A stretch of DNA of 60,000 nucleotides from Amphiscolops sp. MND2022 (GCA_964187785.1 OZ076409.1:15936001-15996000), one strand, 5' to 3'; shown: positions 12,759-26,798, counted from the first letter of the stretch. Numbers and translations are program-made. The notes: generated by a model from the letters alone, not told the origin.

Positions 12759-14954
12759 CAGGGGCTGGGAAACTATGCTACAGCGTAAAACAGCACAAAA
12801 CGGCATAAGCGAGACAAAACAGCATAAAACCAGTCCAAAAGCATGCTGAACTCTGATTGGCAAGCATAATGAACTCTGAAATTAGCAAAACTGCAACATT
12901 TTTTCTCAGATTTCTGTAAAACAACCGTGAATAACAGTTGTCTCGCTCACTGAATAACTTGATAACACGATTAAAAATGACGAATAACATAACGTTACAT
13001 GAGAAACCGCCGGAACAATTCGTTTCGTAACCGAATAATTTTTGCACTACCACAAATTTAGCGTTCATAATAAAATTTTAAAACATTTTTCAGGTATTAT
13101 GCCTTCTTTTCATTCTCGACTCCAACAATTTCCTGACTTCTACACTGAGCGGGGACTTTTTATCTGCCTTTATTGTTGCCATTCCGTGGATTTTGAAAAA
13201 GTTTCCACAATTAAAAACCACATTAATTCTTCAAAACACAAATTGCGCAAGAAGACAAAGCTCAGACGACCTGCTATTCCCGTAAATATCTCGACAAGCA
13301 TTAGCGCGTCACAAAAACGATCCGAATTTGTAAAGGATTATGTCGCTATGTTTCTAAAATCAAATATTCCTCTAGAAAAAAGTAATTCCATGACTGAATT
13401 TATGAGAAAACACTGCAGCGAAGGCGGTGCAATTACTGATAGCAATAATCTCAGGCGTGTTTACGTTCCTCTAGTCGCCGAAGGCCTAAGAAAGAGTATA
13501 ATTTTCAATATAACGGCTGCGTTTGAGAACCATCAAATTTTTGCGCTGAGTATTGATGAGACCACTGATGATCGAGAACGTCATGTATTGAATGTAATTC
13601 TTAAATTTGCTGACACAACTAACAACAACATTCTATTCGACACGATCTTCCTAAATTCAGCAGTGACTGCGCAAGTCTTGGGACAAACTGCTAATGCCAT
13701 CATTCAAATATTCAACCTGGGTGATCAACGTATGTTTTTTCTAACGGACAATACCAGTTATTGTTACAAAGCATATCGGGAATGTTTATTGCCTCTGTAC
13801 CCTAAGATGCACTGGATAGGGTGTTGGCCTCATATTGTGGATCTGTGTTGCAACACTTGGCAACCAACTTTCAAGTACTCTCGTGTACTTGGCCTTTTGA
13901 AGAACTTTTTCCGAAAAAAGGTCTCTGCAGGTCGAAAACAACGCTGGATCATTCATCAAAAACTGAATGCAGTTCAAAAGCCAAAGCTTCCTCCTACGCC
14001 TTGTTTTAAAAGATGGACAACTTGGATAAAGGCATGTATGTATCATGCTGAAGTAATCGATCTCTACAGCAGTTTTCTTGAGAATGAATCCAGCATAACT
14101 GAGAGTGGAACATTGAAGGAGTTGAAGTACATTTTCAATGACGTTGAAGAGTTCATCAAACTAAAGGTTCAGTTGGTTTTTATTTCGGAGCATGGTAAAC
14201 AAATGATGGATACAGTTGAATTCTTTGAATTGAGGAACAATCCGATTGCACATCAGGTATACAACACCATTTTTCGATTTCGACAGGAACTAGACAATGG
14301 GAAAACGAGTGTTGCGTTTCGACACAAAAGGGACGCCCTTCTAAATACGTTTAGCAACGCTGGAATTGCACAATCGATTGCACTTTCTTCGCCGGCTTTC
14401 AAGAGGCCTAAAAAACTTGAAACTCCTCTGAAGAAACAAGAGGAAATCATTCAGTTGTTCAAAGCATTTCGTATTTTTGATCCCCGTCAAAAACCAAGCA
14501 TGAGTAAAAGCTTAAAAAACCACAGCGTATTGCCCGATTTTGATATCCTTAATGATGCCCTTTAGATGAGTGGGGTGCATATTGGAACGATGTGGCCATT
14601 GAAAGTGATGATTTGAATATTGTGTCCTTTTGGAAGCAAAAAACTGATGAATATCTTCTTTTAAGTAACGTTGCACTCAAAGTTTTAGGGATTCCAGCTT
14701 CAACTGCAGACGTGGAAAGGAGTTTCAGTTTGTTAAAGACGTTAGAAACGCCTCAAAGGCTGCAAATGAGCGACTCTCATGTTCGTGATCACATATATTG
14801 TTATTTCAATTCGAAATATATTTGTATCGATTGAGTTCGTATACCGAATATATGTGTATCACATAATTGTTTTCGAAAAAGCATAAAAAGGCATAATTTA
14901 GAATAACAAGCAGCATAATTTCTGAAAATGAGCAGCATAAAATCCCAGCCCCTG
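12759..14954 (+). mobile_element. hAT DNA transposon, full length (2196 bp)
   Basis: TIR CAGGGGCTGGGA at both ends, perfect 8-bp TSD GTTCCAAC (12751-12758 and 14955-14962), and subterminal (C)AGCATAA(AA) repeats on both sides. Confidence 0.95.
13099..14834 (+). pseudogene. hAT transposase (CGGBP1-like N-terminal Zn finger), frameshifted before the dimerisation domain
   Basis: CLYC...HINSSKH Zn finger, SIDETTD, LTDN and CWPH motifs. The C-terminal IPASTADVERSFS motif lies in another frame after a break at ~14562. Confidence 0.88.
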
Positions 14955-16238
14955 GTTCCAACAGACATCAAATTCTGTGACTTACTGGTAACATTGCTGA
15001 TGTTTAATGTGATGCGATACAATAACAACTTACATGATTACTAGGGCAAGGCATGGGTCAATAAAGTCAATAAAGTCAAAATGAGCGCTTCACTCTTCTC
15101 GTTGAATGTTTACTTAGGAAATAGTCGTTGTTTATTTTATATATTTTGCTCGCTCGTAGCTTAATTTTGCCAGTTGGTTAATTTCAGTTTACTATGCCTA
15201 AGCGAACGTTATCGCAAAAGGAGAAAGCTGACGCAGTTGCAGCTAAATATCCAGACCTGGAATCGAGAATGAGCTAGCAAACTTACAACGAAACTTTGCT
15301 GGGTTATTGCAGCTGATATCCGATCTGGAGTCTGATACGTGCACTTAAATTGAGGGATACCGTAAAATATTACAATTTATTAATCAGCTGGATTTAGAAG
15401 TGAATTTTGTGAAGCAGTACATCGAATCTCGCTTATCTAAAATGCCAGACCTTCAAATAGTTCTCTCGTCTTCCGGGCCCCGCATAGGCTACCATTTACA
15501 GCAGTCGAACAGACCAAAGCAGCTTTAAACCATCAAAATGCGCTCTTCTTCTGGAGTTCCTACCCTGGACTTGGGATAATGTGTCATTCTGATCTCCACA
15601 GCCAATGTTTCTACAGCTTTCTTGTTGTAAAACTTTCCGCGCCACTCGCTAAACACTGATAAGTAAGGCATCACTTCTGGGTTGAATTCTGGATCACTTC
15701 GGAAAATAACCCTTTTTGTTCATCTTGTGCGAAGAATGCTGATGACCTGTTGCTACATTAACCTGGAGATTCAACTGTTGGGGATTTTCAAAGATTGACT
15801 GCAAGTTCATATTGAAAGAGTCTCCATCGGTTGAAAAAAAAAGAAATTTTCTGGCAATCATTTGTGTTTTATGTGCAAAGTTTCAGACATTGCTAGTGAA
15901 GCAAATTTGTTTAGACTGTTTTGTTTTTGATGACGTGCCTCCTGTGGCCTTGAACTCCATCATTTATTTAGTTCATTAGACACATGGTTTTCTAGTTCAG
16001 ATTAGTTGTTTCTTATGAAAATCTGCAAGTGTTCTTTTCAATCAACAGATAGCTTCATGATAGCGCCAAAAACGAGTTCGAACCTTGATGTCCAGGTTTT
16101 TTACGATGGGCAAATTTCAATGCATTGAAATTTTAAGCAACGCTATGGCGTTTTGCAAGTAACAGTCTTTAATTTGATGAGTTTGGTTGTTACAAATTGA
16201 TCATAATCAGCGGCTTTGACGGTAATAATGGACCTTAC

Positions 16239-18738
16239 TGTCACGACCCGCTCCCGGTCGTAATTTTACTTGCTGTACTGGCCTACCTGGATTTGGAAGA
16301 GGACGCGGCCGTGGGTATTGTAAATACTACTAAACTATTTCTAATTTATCTACGTCTACTTACGGTACAGCTAAATTATTTGTAGATAATTTTCCGAACA
16401 CAAAATCCAACGTAAGCGTTACGGAGTATTTTTGGAAATGCTTTTAGAGCTAACTAAAACTTCCGGTTTAATGTTTTCACACGTAACGTTATTCTCTATT
16501 TCCGGTTTCGTCTTCTGAAATTTCCATACTAATCTAAATACTAAAACAGAAACTTTTCCAAAATTGGATCAATTTTTGCTTCTCCACACCAAAATGAAAC
16601 ATTGAAGATAATATTTAACTCCGCGGTCCCAACGGAGTTCATACAATCTGAAATGAAAAGAACATACAAAATAGTATAGAGGAATTGTTTCCCAGTAATT
16701 AAAGTAGTTGTCATTATCCACTTAGAATCTCAGTCAAGTGATTTTAAGCAAATGTTCACAACGTTATGACAGCGTCACTCAACTAAGCTAGTAACGAGTG
16801 TTTCTATTTTTACGGACCAATAACGTCGCTTCTTAACTGAATTATTTGAGCTTAAGCCAATAGAATCGTGCTTGGTTGCCCCTAGCAACGCCAACTAGCT
16901 AAGAGAAAGAGAAAGAAATCGCCTACGCTCTCCGCTTTCTCTCCGTCAGCCACCGCTGCTCAGCTATACCTAATCTTAATACGTACGGAGCGACTACGGG
17001 GCAGATTGTAAAACTGTACTCCGCTGCTGCTTAGCTATAGCTAATCTTAATACGTACGGAGCGTCTACGGAGCGAATTGTGAAGTTGTAATTAGGAAGTA
17101 GTAGTTCAAACGAATTTCGAACGATGTTTCTTCCTAAATGGACGCGTTTAAAGGACTCTAGAATTAAAATCTTTCACATAAGAAAAGCTGTACTGTAAGA
17201 AAGATAAAAGTGTTAACTTTTGTACACTGTCAGATGAAGTATAGATGAAAGGGAACGTTAACCTTACGTCGAAACTCTATGTTATTCTCTCATCTAATAC
17301 AGTACGAGTATGTTGTAAAACAATTTCCTACTCAGGTTCCTAATTATATTAGAACGCCACGAAAGGTCTTCGTTCCCAAAAAACTAAATGTGCGAAAACA
17401 GGCTTCCCAATCGAATGTACGCCTAATTTTACGTATACGTAGCGTTGTGCTTGATTTGATTTGTAACGACAAAATTCAACGATGATATCGAGTTTTTTGG
17501 CTACTATTGTAATGATCTTTGTGTGATTTGTTCAGCTCACCTTCACAACCTAAGGCGTAATTCCCGTTGTATTTATGTTCATAGTTAGTTTTGTACCAAG
17601 TGAATGTTGTTCCTGTTTAGAATATGCACTTCAATAATGACTTTCAATGTGCAACATTTATATTGTTTTGAATTAGCGGATTGTCTCCGTGAACATTGGA
17701 TAATGTCTAAGTCAGAGTAATTTTTTGATGTTTCATGATTTATATTCAACAGTTATAATTTTGTCATATCGTTTGTAATCGTGTCAATAATTGGAATATG
17801 CTATTCCAGCATCATTTGTTCCTTTTGCCAATAGTTAGATATTTTTCTCCGCTTTCGAAATTCTTTGCTCCGTTTCAATTCTGTGATCTTTTTTGCGAGT
17901 CATACTTTTGCTTCGAATCTCAGCTTTCCTAAGTTGGGAATTGACTAATTGATCACACCGGCGTGCCTACGCTGTTGAAAATGTCAACTAGACCTTTATT
18001 TTGCCGCAATTTTGAAGCTCAAACAGGAAATGGGATCGCCTGAACAAAAATGATTTCAACAAAGTTTTACAGTTTTACGGAATAGCGACGCAACTAGGAA
18101 TTTCGATGCCTGATTTTATGACGCGGGACTGAAATGATTTGATTCATTATCGCTTTTTGATGAACAACCCGAATTTTTATGATACCTAGGAATTTTTAGG
18201 TGAGGAACAAATGATGCTAGGAAAGAATAAATGTGCAGAGACATGTAAAATTAGTCAGTCAATCGTGTAATCGTTTCACGTTCAATTGTTCCGTTGTATC
18301 AACGAAAAACTTTCTTTGACGAATTCACCAATTCCGAAGATCTTCTTTCTTCTCTATTCAAAAATGACAATTAGAAGTCAAAATAGAAAAGCTGTAGCCG
18401 AACTAGTTTCCGGAGAACTTGAAGCTTGATATGAAAATATCTCATCTGAAAACTTAGTAGCTGGACCCAGCAAACTCTTAGAGTTGAGCCTGAAAATCTT
18501 GATGAGATAAAAACATCTTTGAGAAAAGAAATCATGTCTGATCTAACAAAGATATTAGCTGAAAATCAAAAGGAAATGCTTAAATTGATACCATCTTTGA
18601 GCAAAAAACAGCCTGTATATCTGAACAATCAAGACTCTGATTCTGAGCCAGAAAACATCTCCGTTGCCAGAACGTCCACACCTGTAAAAACAACAAATGC
18701 GACTAACTCTAAAACAACACCGACCAATAGTCGTAACA
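16239..18738 (+). mobile_element. Probable ~2.5-kb solo LTR (Gypsy-like)
   Basis: Termini TGTCACGAC...GTCGTAACA (8/9 inverted match) with flanks TTAC/CTAC (imperfect 4-bp TSD). Contains a ~71-bp tandem duplication at ~16955-17089. Confidence 0.55.
18364..18738 (+). pseudogene. N-terminal gag-like ORF remnant running to the LTR end
   Basis: MTIRSQNRKAVAELVSGE...RKEIMSDLTKILAENQKEMLKLI...STPVK...NSRN, interrupted, ending exactly at the TAACA terminus. Confidence 0.4.
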
Positions 18739-19621
18739 CTACCATATTCTGCGTTTTAGTACCTTTTCAGGATTTTCGGGCTTCAATTGTTCGTCAGCGC
18801 CGACATCCTGTAGTTCAACCGAACGTTCCATATACTTTAAAAATCTGGTCAAAATATGCATGGCCAGTATACCAATTCTGATGCTAGTTTCGAGTTTGCC
18901 AATCGGATTATGTTCTGTCTCGGATTTGGAAATGGCTACAGTTTTCATGGGTCTAGCAACGTGTGCAATGATGCCAAGTATAACAAAGCAAACAGTGGCA
19001 AGTATTACATAGATGGGTGGAACTGCTTTTAATGGAGAGAATTTGGTTACTGAACGGTTATCGGCGGAACGATTACTGGGAAGTGTCCAAATTTTGTTTA
19101 AAAAAACATTTTGTTAGATACTTTTTTGCATAATTATACATCTTTTCAATAATAACTGTTTTCGATCCAAATGTATGGGTGCATAAGCTTTTCGGTTGCT
19201 TCTAAAATTTTACCTTGATTGTCTTTGACCATTATTTCAAAATCAGCTTCGAAGCAAAAGCTCTATGACAAAAGTTCTCCGAAACCTTGTTGGGAATTTC
19301 TTTTTGGAGCATGTCAAATGATACATGAATTGATGTGATTCTTCAAGGAGCTTGGAATGGAAAGTTATGCGGTTCAGAAAAGCGGAGCATGTAATTCCAT
19401 GAAGAAAAAATCAAGATGTATTGCTTAAAAGTTTTTTTGGTTTTAGGGAAATTTTAGTTTCAAAAAAATTGTTCGCTGAAGTAACAATGACGTTGGTAGT
19501 TCTGGTCCAGCTTCGCTAATGCTAATGTATTCAAAACAGTCTGAACTTACTTGCAAAGTTGCCTCAAAGTTATTTCAGAAAAAGCACCAAGAGTGTTCGA
19601 GTCCCTGCTTCAGCCAGCAAT

Positions 19622-22600
19622 TTTTTCGTCCTTTTGCATTTCACTTAAGAGGATATGGATGTTCCAAAAAAGCGCTCCCATTTGTCACAGCATGTTTTAT
19701 TCGAACTTTCGACGTTGTATCAGACACAAAGTGCGTTTTACTAAGAAGGAAGCGAGGTTCGAAAAAAATCCCGCTGCACCCGAATTTTGACGTTATATGT
19801 GAAGTAAATTGCGTTCTACTAAGGAGCAGGCTGGGGTTGCGCTGTATAGAAAATTTTTCGCTATACCCGAATTTTGCTTTTTTTCCGAGACCAGCGAACT
19901 GAACATTTTCTATAAACAATTCTATAAGGTAACTTAGTACCATCTGACTGCCACTTGGCCTATGGGTTAACTCAGATTTCCGGGCCTGGTGGCGGGGTCT
20001 GAGAAGCAGAAGTACGAGGGTTCGAGCCCCGGCTAAACCAACGAGAGACGCATGTGCGCTAAAAGAGTCGGATTAGGTCTTTTTCCATCTGAACTGCTCG
20101 AATCCCATTCATACTATTTTGAAGCTATTGCACACATAGGGCCATAATATGGTGCAGAATCATTGTAGAAAATTTCGTTCGAATCGTAAGGAGAGTTGTT
20201 GGGAAAATTGAAAAAAGTCGAAAAATGACTGTTTTTTTGCCATTTTTGGGCTAATTTTGGCTCTGTTCCTCACACTCCAGTCCTACGATTCGGATGTCAT
20301 TGCACACTCAGGAGCCCCTTCGTGAGTAGAATGACTGTGCAAAAATTTATGAATTTTGCGCTTGAAAAAGTCGAAAATTTTTTCCGACACCCAAACTTTT
20401 TTGTGCTTGCAAAAGAGGGAGACCAAAAAGTCCCTTTTGGATTTTTTCGGCACTACCAACTTTTCAAAAATTTCTTCAATCGAAGTGTCCCCTTTTTATT
20501 TTCGACAGGATCAAAGCGTTTTGCCACCATAGAAACACGTTCGGTTTTTTCGGCCCTGTGTAAATTTTCTTGAAAAATTTTTTGGTCTAAGTGTACGCCT
20601 TTCATTCAGAAATTTTTTTGGCTTCAAGTGTTTTGCGAGCTTGAAGTTGCATTTTCGGGACTGGCACTTCAAAGAAATCCAAAAAATTACATTTCCTTCC
20701 AGTTGAAAAAAAGGTTCTCGAGTTTTGTGCGTATCCCTTCGGGCATTTTTCGGCACTGTAAAATTGATAAAATTAACAATAGTGTCCTTTGTTTTTTCGT
20801 CTTTTTGGATTTCACTTAAGAAGATATGGATGTTCCAAAAAGCGCTCCCATTTGTCACAGCATGTTTTATTCGAACTTTCGACGTTGTATCAGACACAAA
20901 TTGCGTTTTACTAGGAAGGAAGCGAGGTTCGAAAAAAAATTCCGCTATACCCGAATTTTGACGTTATATATGAAGTAAATTGTGTTTCACTAAACAGGAT
21001 GCGGAGGTTCGAAAAACGTTCCCATTTGTTACAGCACGCTATATCCGAGTTTTTGACGTTAGATCTGAAGCAAATTTCGTTCTACTAAGGAACAGGCTAG
21101 GGTTGCGCTGTATAAAAAATTTTTCGCTATACCCGAATTTGGCTTTTTTTCCAAGACCGGCGAACTGAACATTTTCCATAAACAATTCTATAAGGTAACT
21201 TAGTACCATCTGACTGCCACTTGGCCTATGGGTTAACTGAGATTTCCGGGCCTGGTGGCGGGGTCTGAGAAGCAGAAGTACGAGGGTTCGAGCCCCGGCT
21301 AAACCAACGAGAGACGCATGTGCGCTAAAAGAATCGGATTAGGTCTTTTTCCATCTGAATCGCTCGAATCCCATTCAGACTATCTTGATGCTATTGCACA
21401 CATAGGGCCATAATATGGTGCAGAATGACTGTAGAAAATTTTGTTCGAATCGTAAGGAGAGTTGTTGCGAAAATTGAAAAAAGTCGAAAAATGGCTGTTT
21501 CTTGGCCATTTTTGGGCTAATTTTGGCTCTGTTCCTCACATTCCAGTCATACAATTTTGATGACATTGCGCACACGGGAGCCCCTTTGTGTGTAGAATGA
21601 CTGTGCAAAAATTTATGAATTTTGCGATTAAATAAGTAGTCGAAAATTTTTTCCGACCCCCAAACTTTTTTGTGTTTGCAAAAGAGGGAGACCGAAAAGT
21701 CCCTTTTGGATTTTTTCGGCACTACCAACTTTTCAAAAGTTTCTTCAATCGGAGTGTCCCCTTTATATTTTCGACAGGATCAAAGCGTTTTGCCACTATA
21801 GAAACACGTTCGGTTTTTTCGGCCCTGTGTAAATTTTCTTGAAAAATTTTTTGGTCTAAGTGTACGCTTTTCATTCAGAAATTTTTTCGGCTTCAAGTGT
21901 TTTGCGAGCTTGAAGTTGCATTTTCGGGACTGGCACTTCAAAAAAATTCAAAAAATTACATTTCCTTCCAGTTGAAAAAAAAGGTTCTCGAGTTTTGTGC
22001 GTATCCCTTCGGGCATTTTTCGGCACTGTAAAATTGATAAAATTAACAATAGTGTCCTTTGTTTTTTCGTCTTTTTGGATTTCACTTAAGAGGATATGGA
22101 TGTTCCAAAAAGCACTCCCATTTGTCACAGCATGTTTTATTTGAACTTTCGACGTTGTATCAGACACAAATTGCGTTTTACTAAGAAGGAAGCGAGGTTC
22201 GAAAAAAATTCCGCTATACCCGAATTTTGACGTTATATATGAAGTAAATTGTGTTTCACTAAACAGGATGCGGAGGTTCGAAAAACGTTCCCATTTGTTA
22301 CAGCACGCTATATCCGAATTTTCGACGTTATATCTGAAGCAGATTTCGTTCTACTAAGGAGCAGGCTAGGGTTGCGCTGTATAGAAAATTTTTCGCTATA
22401 CCCGAATTTTGCTTTTTTTCCAAGACCGGCGAACTGAACATTTTCTATAAACAATTCTATAAGGTAACTTAGTACCATCTGACTGCCACTTGGCCTATGG
22501 GTTAACTCAGATTTCCGGGCCTGGTGGCGGGGTCTGAGAAGCAGAAGTAGAGAGGGTTCGAGCCCCGGCTAAACCAACAAGAGTCGCATGTGCGCTAAAA

Positions 22601-24505
22601 GAGTCGGATTAGGTCTCTTTCCATCTGAATCGCTCGAATCCCATTCAGACTATTTTGATGCTATTGCACACAAAGGGCCATATTATGGTGCAGAATGACT
22701 GTAGAAAATTTCGTTCGAATCGTAAGGAGAGTTGTTGCGAAAATTGAAAAAAGTCGAAAAGTGGCTGTTTCTTGGCCATTTTTGGGCTAATTTTGGTTCT
22801 GTTCCTCACATTCCAGTCATACGATTTTGATGTCATTGCGCACACAGGAGCCCCTTCGTGTGTAGAATGACTGTGCAAAAGTTTATGAATTTTGTGATTG
22901 AATAAGTAGTCGAAAATTTTTTCCGACTCCCAAACTTTTTTGTGCTTGCAAAAGAGGGAGACCGAAAAGTCCCTTTTGGATTTTTTCGGCACTACCAACT
23001 TTTTAAAAAATTCTTCAATCGAAGTGTCCCCTTTTTATTTTCGACAGGATCAAAACGTTTTGCCACCATAGAAACACGTTCGGTTATTTCGGCCCCGTGT
23101 AACTTTTCTTGAAAAATTTTTTGGTCTAAGTGTACGCCTTTCATTCAGAAATTTTTTCGGCTTCAAGTGTTTTTCGAGCTTGAAGTTGCATTTTCGGGAC
23201 TGGCACTTCAAAAAAATCCAAAAAATGACATTTTCTTCCAGTTGAAAAAAAAGGTTCTCGAGTTTTCAGCGTATCCCTTCGGGCATTTTTCGGCACTGTA
23301 AAATTGATAAAATTAACAATAGTGTCCTTTGTTTTTTCGTCTTTTTGGATTCCACTCAAGAGGATGGATGTTCCAAAAAGCGCTCCCATTTGTCACAGCA
23401 TGTTTTATTTGAACTTTCGACGTTGTATCAGACACAAATTGCGATTTACTAAGAAGGAAGCGAGGTTCGAAAAAAATTCCGCTATATCCGAATTTTCGAC
23501 GTTATATCTGAAGCAAATTTCCTTCTACTAAGGAGCAGGCTAGGGTTGCGCTGTATAGAAAATTTTTCGCTATACCCGAATTTTGCTTTTTTTCCAAGAC
23601 CGGCGAACTGAACATTTTCTATAAACAATTCTATAAGGTAACTTAGTACCATCTGACTGCCACTTGGCCTATGGGTTAACTCAGATTTCCGGGCCTGGTG
23701 GCGGGGTCTGAGAAGCAGAAGTACGAGGGTTCGAGCCCAGGCTAAACCAACGAGAGACGCATGTGCGCTAAAAGAGTCGGATTAGGTCTTTTTCCATCTG
23801 AACTGCTCGAATCCCATTCATACTATTTTGAAGCTATTGCACACATGGGGCCATAATATGGTGCAGAATCATTGTAGAAAATTTCGTTCGAATCGTAAGG
23901 AGAGTTGTTGAGAAAATTGAAAAAAGTCGAAAAATGGCTGTTTTTTGGCCATTTTTGGGCTAATTTTGGCTCTGTTCCTCACATTCCAGTCATACAATTT
24001 TGAAGTCATTGCGCACACAGGAGCCCCTTCGTGTGTAGAATGACTGTGCAAAAATTTATGAATTTTGCGATTGAATAAGTAGTTGAAAATTTTTTCCGAC
24101 TCTCAAACTTTTTTGTGCTTGCAAAAGAGGGAGACCAAAAAGTCCCTTTTGGATTTTTTCGGCACTACCAACTTTTCAAAAAGTTCTTCAATCGAAGTGT
24201 CCCCTTTTTATTTTCGACAGGATCAAAACGTTTTGCCACCATAGAATCTTGTTCGGTTTTTTCGGCCCTGTGTAAATTTTCTTGAAAAATTTTTGGTCTG
24301 AGTGTACGTCTTTCATTCAGAAATTTTTTCGGCTTCAAGTGTTTTGCGAGCTTGAAGTTGCATTTTCGGGACTGGCACTTCAAAAAAATCCAAAAAATGA
24401 CATTTCCTTCCAGTTGAAAAAAAAAGGTTCCCGAGTTTTGTGCGTATCCCTTCGGACATTTTTCGGCACTGTAAAATTGATAAAATTAACAGTGTCCTTT
24501 GTTTT
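19622..24505. repeat. Tandem array of ~1.27-kb units (about 4 copies) with ~90-bp subrepeats, ending in a Helentron-like terminus at ~24540-24566
   Basis: The marker GCCACTTGGCC occurs at 19950, 21216, 22485 and 23659 (periods 1266, 1269, 1174). CGCCGACTT plus a GTACT-C-AGTAC hairpin follows the array. Confidence 0.93.
19950..20084 (+). ncRNA. tRNA-derived/Pol III-like cassette, repeated in each array unit (also at 21216, 22485, 23659)
   Basis: A-box-like TGGCCTATGGG, internal hairpin CTCAGATTTC...GGGGTCTGAG, B-box GGTTCGAGCCC and downstream TTTTT. Confidence 0.4.
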
Positions 24506-26498
24506 TCAAGAAACTTGGTTTTATGAAAATTGAGTGGAACGCCGACTTGGTACTCAGTACTAGTTATGAAAAGTATTCAGGAAAACTTACAATTGGCTCA
24601 CTTTACTCAATTTAATTCCTCCGTTCAAAAACCTCACTGCGGAACAAGTCAATAAAGTTGTAAAAACCAGAGTCGCATATGCGGTAAAGGAGTCGGCTTA
24701 GGTCTTTTTCCTTCTGACTCGCTCGAATCCCAGTTATAACGAATTTGATAAAATTGCACACAAAGGACAATAATATGGTTTAGAAGGACTAGAAAGTTCC
24801 GTTCGAATCGTATGGAGTTTTTGCGTAAATAAGTAAAAAAAACGGCTGTTTTTTGACCATTTTTGGGCTAATTTTGGCTGTTTCTCACATTCCAGTCATT
24901 GGATTTTGATGCCATTGCGCAGGCAGGAGTCCCTTGAGTGTAGAATGACTGTGCAAAATTTCATAAAAATCGTATGGACAGTTTGAGAAATTTTCGTTTC
25001 TCGAACTTTCAAAAAAAACACGATTGCATAAGTAGTCGAAAATTTATTCGACTCCTAAAAACATGAGTGAAGACAACCTAATTGCTAATAAGAACTATTC
25101 AAACTTTCGAATTCCACAAAACTTGAAAACTTCTCTTCTGAGATTACTATAACGTTTTTATTGCAAAGCTTTCGGAATAAACGATTCTAGTCTATTCTAT
25201 TCTAATCAAAATTCAACAATCATTCGGAATATTTTTCGTAATTAATTTTAAATTTTTCATGAGTTGTCGTTGGCATAATGACATGGGCTGTTGCTTAATA
25301 CTACTTGTTGCGGTACGTACTGAACCAGGGTAATGTTCAAAAACTTGAGACCAAAGTTAAATTAGCCTCCTATTTTGTTATCAAATGATTATACGCAAAC
25401 TTAACAATGGTTCAACAAAAATACATCAATAAAGCATAATAGTAATATGAACAATAATTTTCATCCAATCAATCATTAGAGCGCGACAACTGTTGCGCGT
25501 GGGATAATCCTAGAATGCTCCATTGACATCAAGCTATAAAGCAAAAAAAGGAAAATGAAAAATGAGCTGATACGCAGCATGACATGAACATGAATACTAG
25601 AGGTTCTGCTGTAGGGTAACATAGATGACATCAACCATCAAAATCTATATCACACACCCCAAGAGGTAGTAGTAGTAGTGGTTCCATGCGCCAACTTCAG
25701 ATGCGCCAACATGAATAGAAAAGTTGCAGAAAAATCAATCAACCTCCATCATTCCCATGTACTGCACTACATCTACATGAGATATTTCATTTCAGAATTC
25801 AAAGATGTTTCACAATTCCAGGGAACGAAGGAGGTGGGGTTCACTTCACAATGAATCCATCAAGTTAACTCGGCTATTATCAAAGTAAGAATAGTACATA
25901 CAATAAAGTAGTATCTCATTATTCTGCACAAAACGTTGGCCGCTGTAATACTTACTGGAGATCGATACACAAGCATAGCTAATACACCCAAGCAACTCAC
26001 CTCTCCTCCTCCCTTCTGGGGGTGGGGGATTGAGGCGGTAAGGGGGAAGGATTTAATAACATCATAAACAATATCCTATGCAATTTCATTTGAGCAACCC
26101 GCGCCCAATATGACTTCATCAAGTACAAAAATAGCCTTTTTATCATAAAGTAAGGATCCATCCACATTGTATCGATATATAATATAACTTCTGTTTACTG
26201 TATCATATCAGCTTTATATATGCGACGAAATACACCATGAGGAAGGAAAAACAAGTCAGAATGTTAACATACATGAATGAACATTGAGATGAAAAAATCA
26301 AGGGACTAGTTACTTTGTCCAAAACAAGCACCACTGGGGCCCTCCTTGCAACAACATAACACTTGCTCGACGACGATATGGATATAAATAACCAATATAA
26401 ATTGACTCTAATAGCAAAAATAAGTTTTCACCGATTAAATTTTTCCAAGTTTTTCTCATGATTCTCACGCGTGAATGAGTAAACATCTTTTCTTACTC

Positions 26499-26713
26499 TT
26501 ATAAGCATTTGACTCCGACATTAAGGGCAACTGCGAATCCTTTTCTCATGAGAAGGTCGGCTACACTTTCGAACTTGCCGTCCTTGCGAACAATCAGATC
26601 GACCAATGGCATGTCGCTCATGTTCCACCCTTTAACAAGGGCCTGAGGAGTCCCGCTTTCAGCTAACAGCTCCTCCAAGTATTTCGTTGCTTCAGCACTA
26701 AAATCTGCTTCGT
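26499..26713 (-). CDS. AKAP1: AKAP1/spoonbill-like protein, coding exon 8 (extended Tudor C-terminus, stop)
   Basis: DEADFSAEATKYLEELL...MPLVDL...SVADLLMRKGFA...KCL*. Canonical TTTCAG acceptor; phase consistent. Confidence 0.88.
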
Positions 26714-26798
26714 CTGAAATGAAAAGATTTGATGTTGGTCATCATTTCAAGCTTGCTTCGATGGAATCTTGTAAATTTCAAGCTTGAAATGCTCTTAC

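Noticed and set aside
15041..15400. TAGGG start and MPKRTLSQKEKADAVAAKYPDLE fragment resembling a second hAT left end
   Set aside because: No matching right TIR or TSD found, and the ORF stops within about 30 codons.
15440..19450. Decayed minus-strand coding-like sequence flanking the solo LTR (e.g. a KGYFP-like stretch)
   Set aside because: Too many stops and frameshifts to assign by eye; it needs a translated HMM search.
19622..24505. Array considered as a CRISPR-like repeat/spacer structure
   Set aside because: Whole units are homologous with no unique spacers, there are no cas-like ORFs, and the context is eukaryotic.
19519..24533. Many 60-130 aa ORFs in the tandem array
   Set aside because: They are F/K-rich, vary in frame between units and have no domain motifs; these are spurious translations of repeat DNA.
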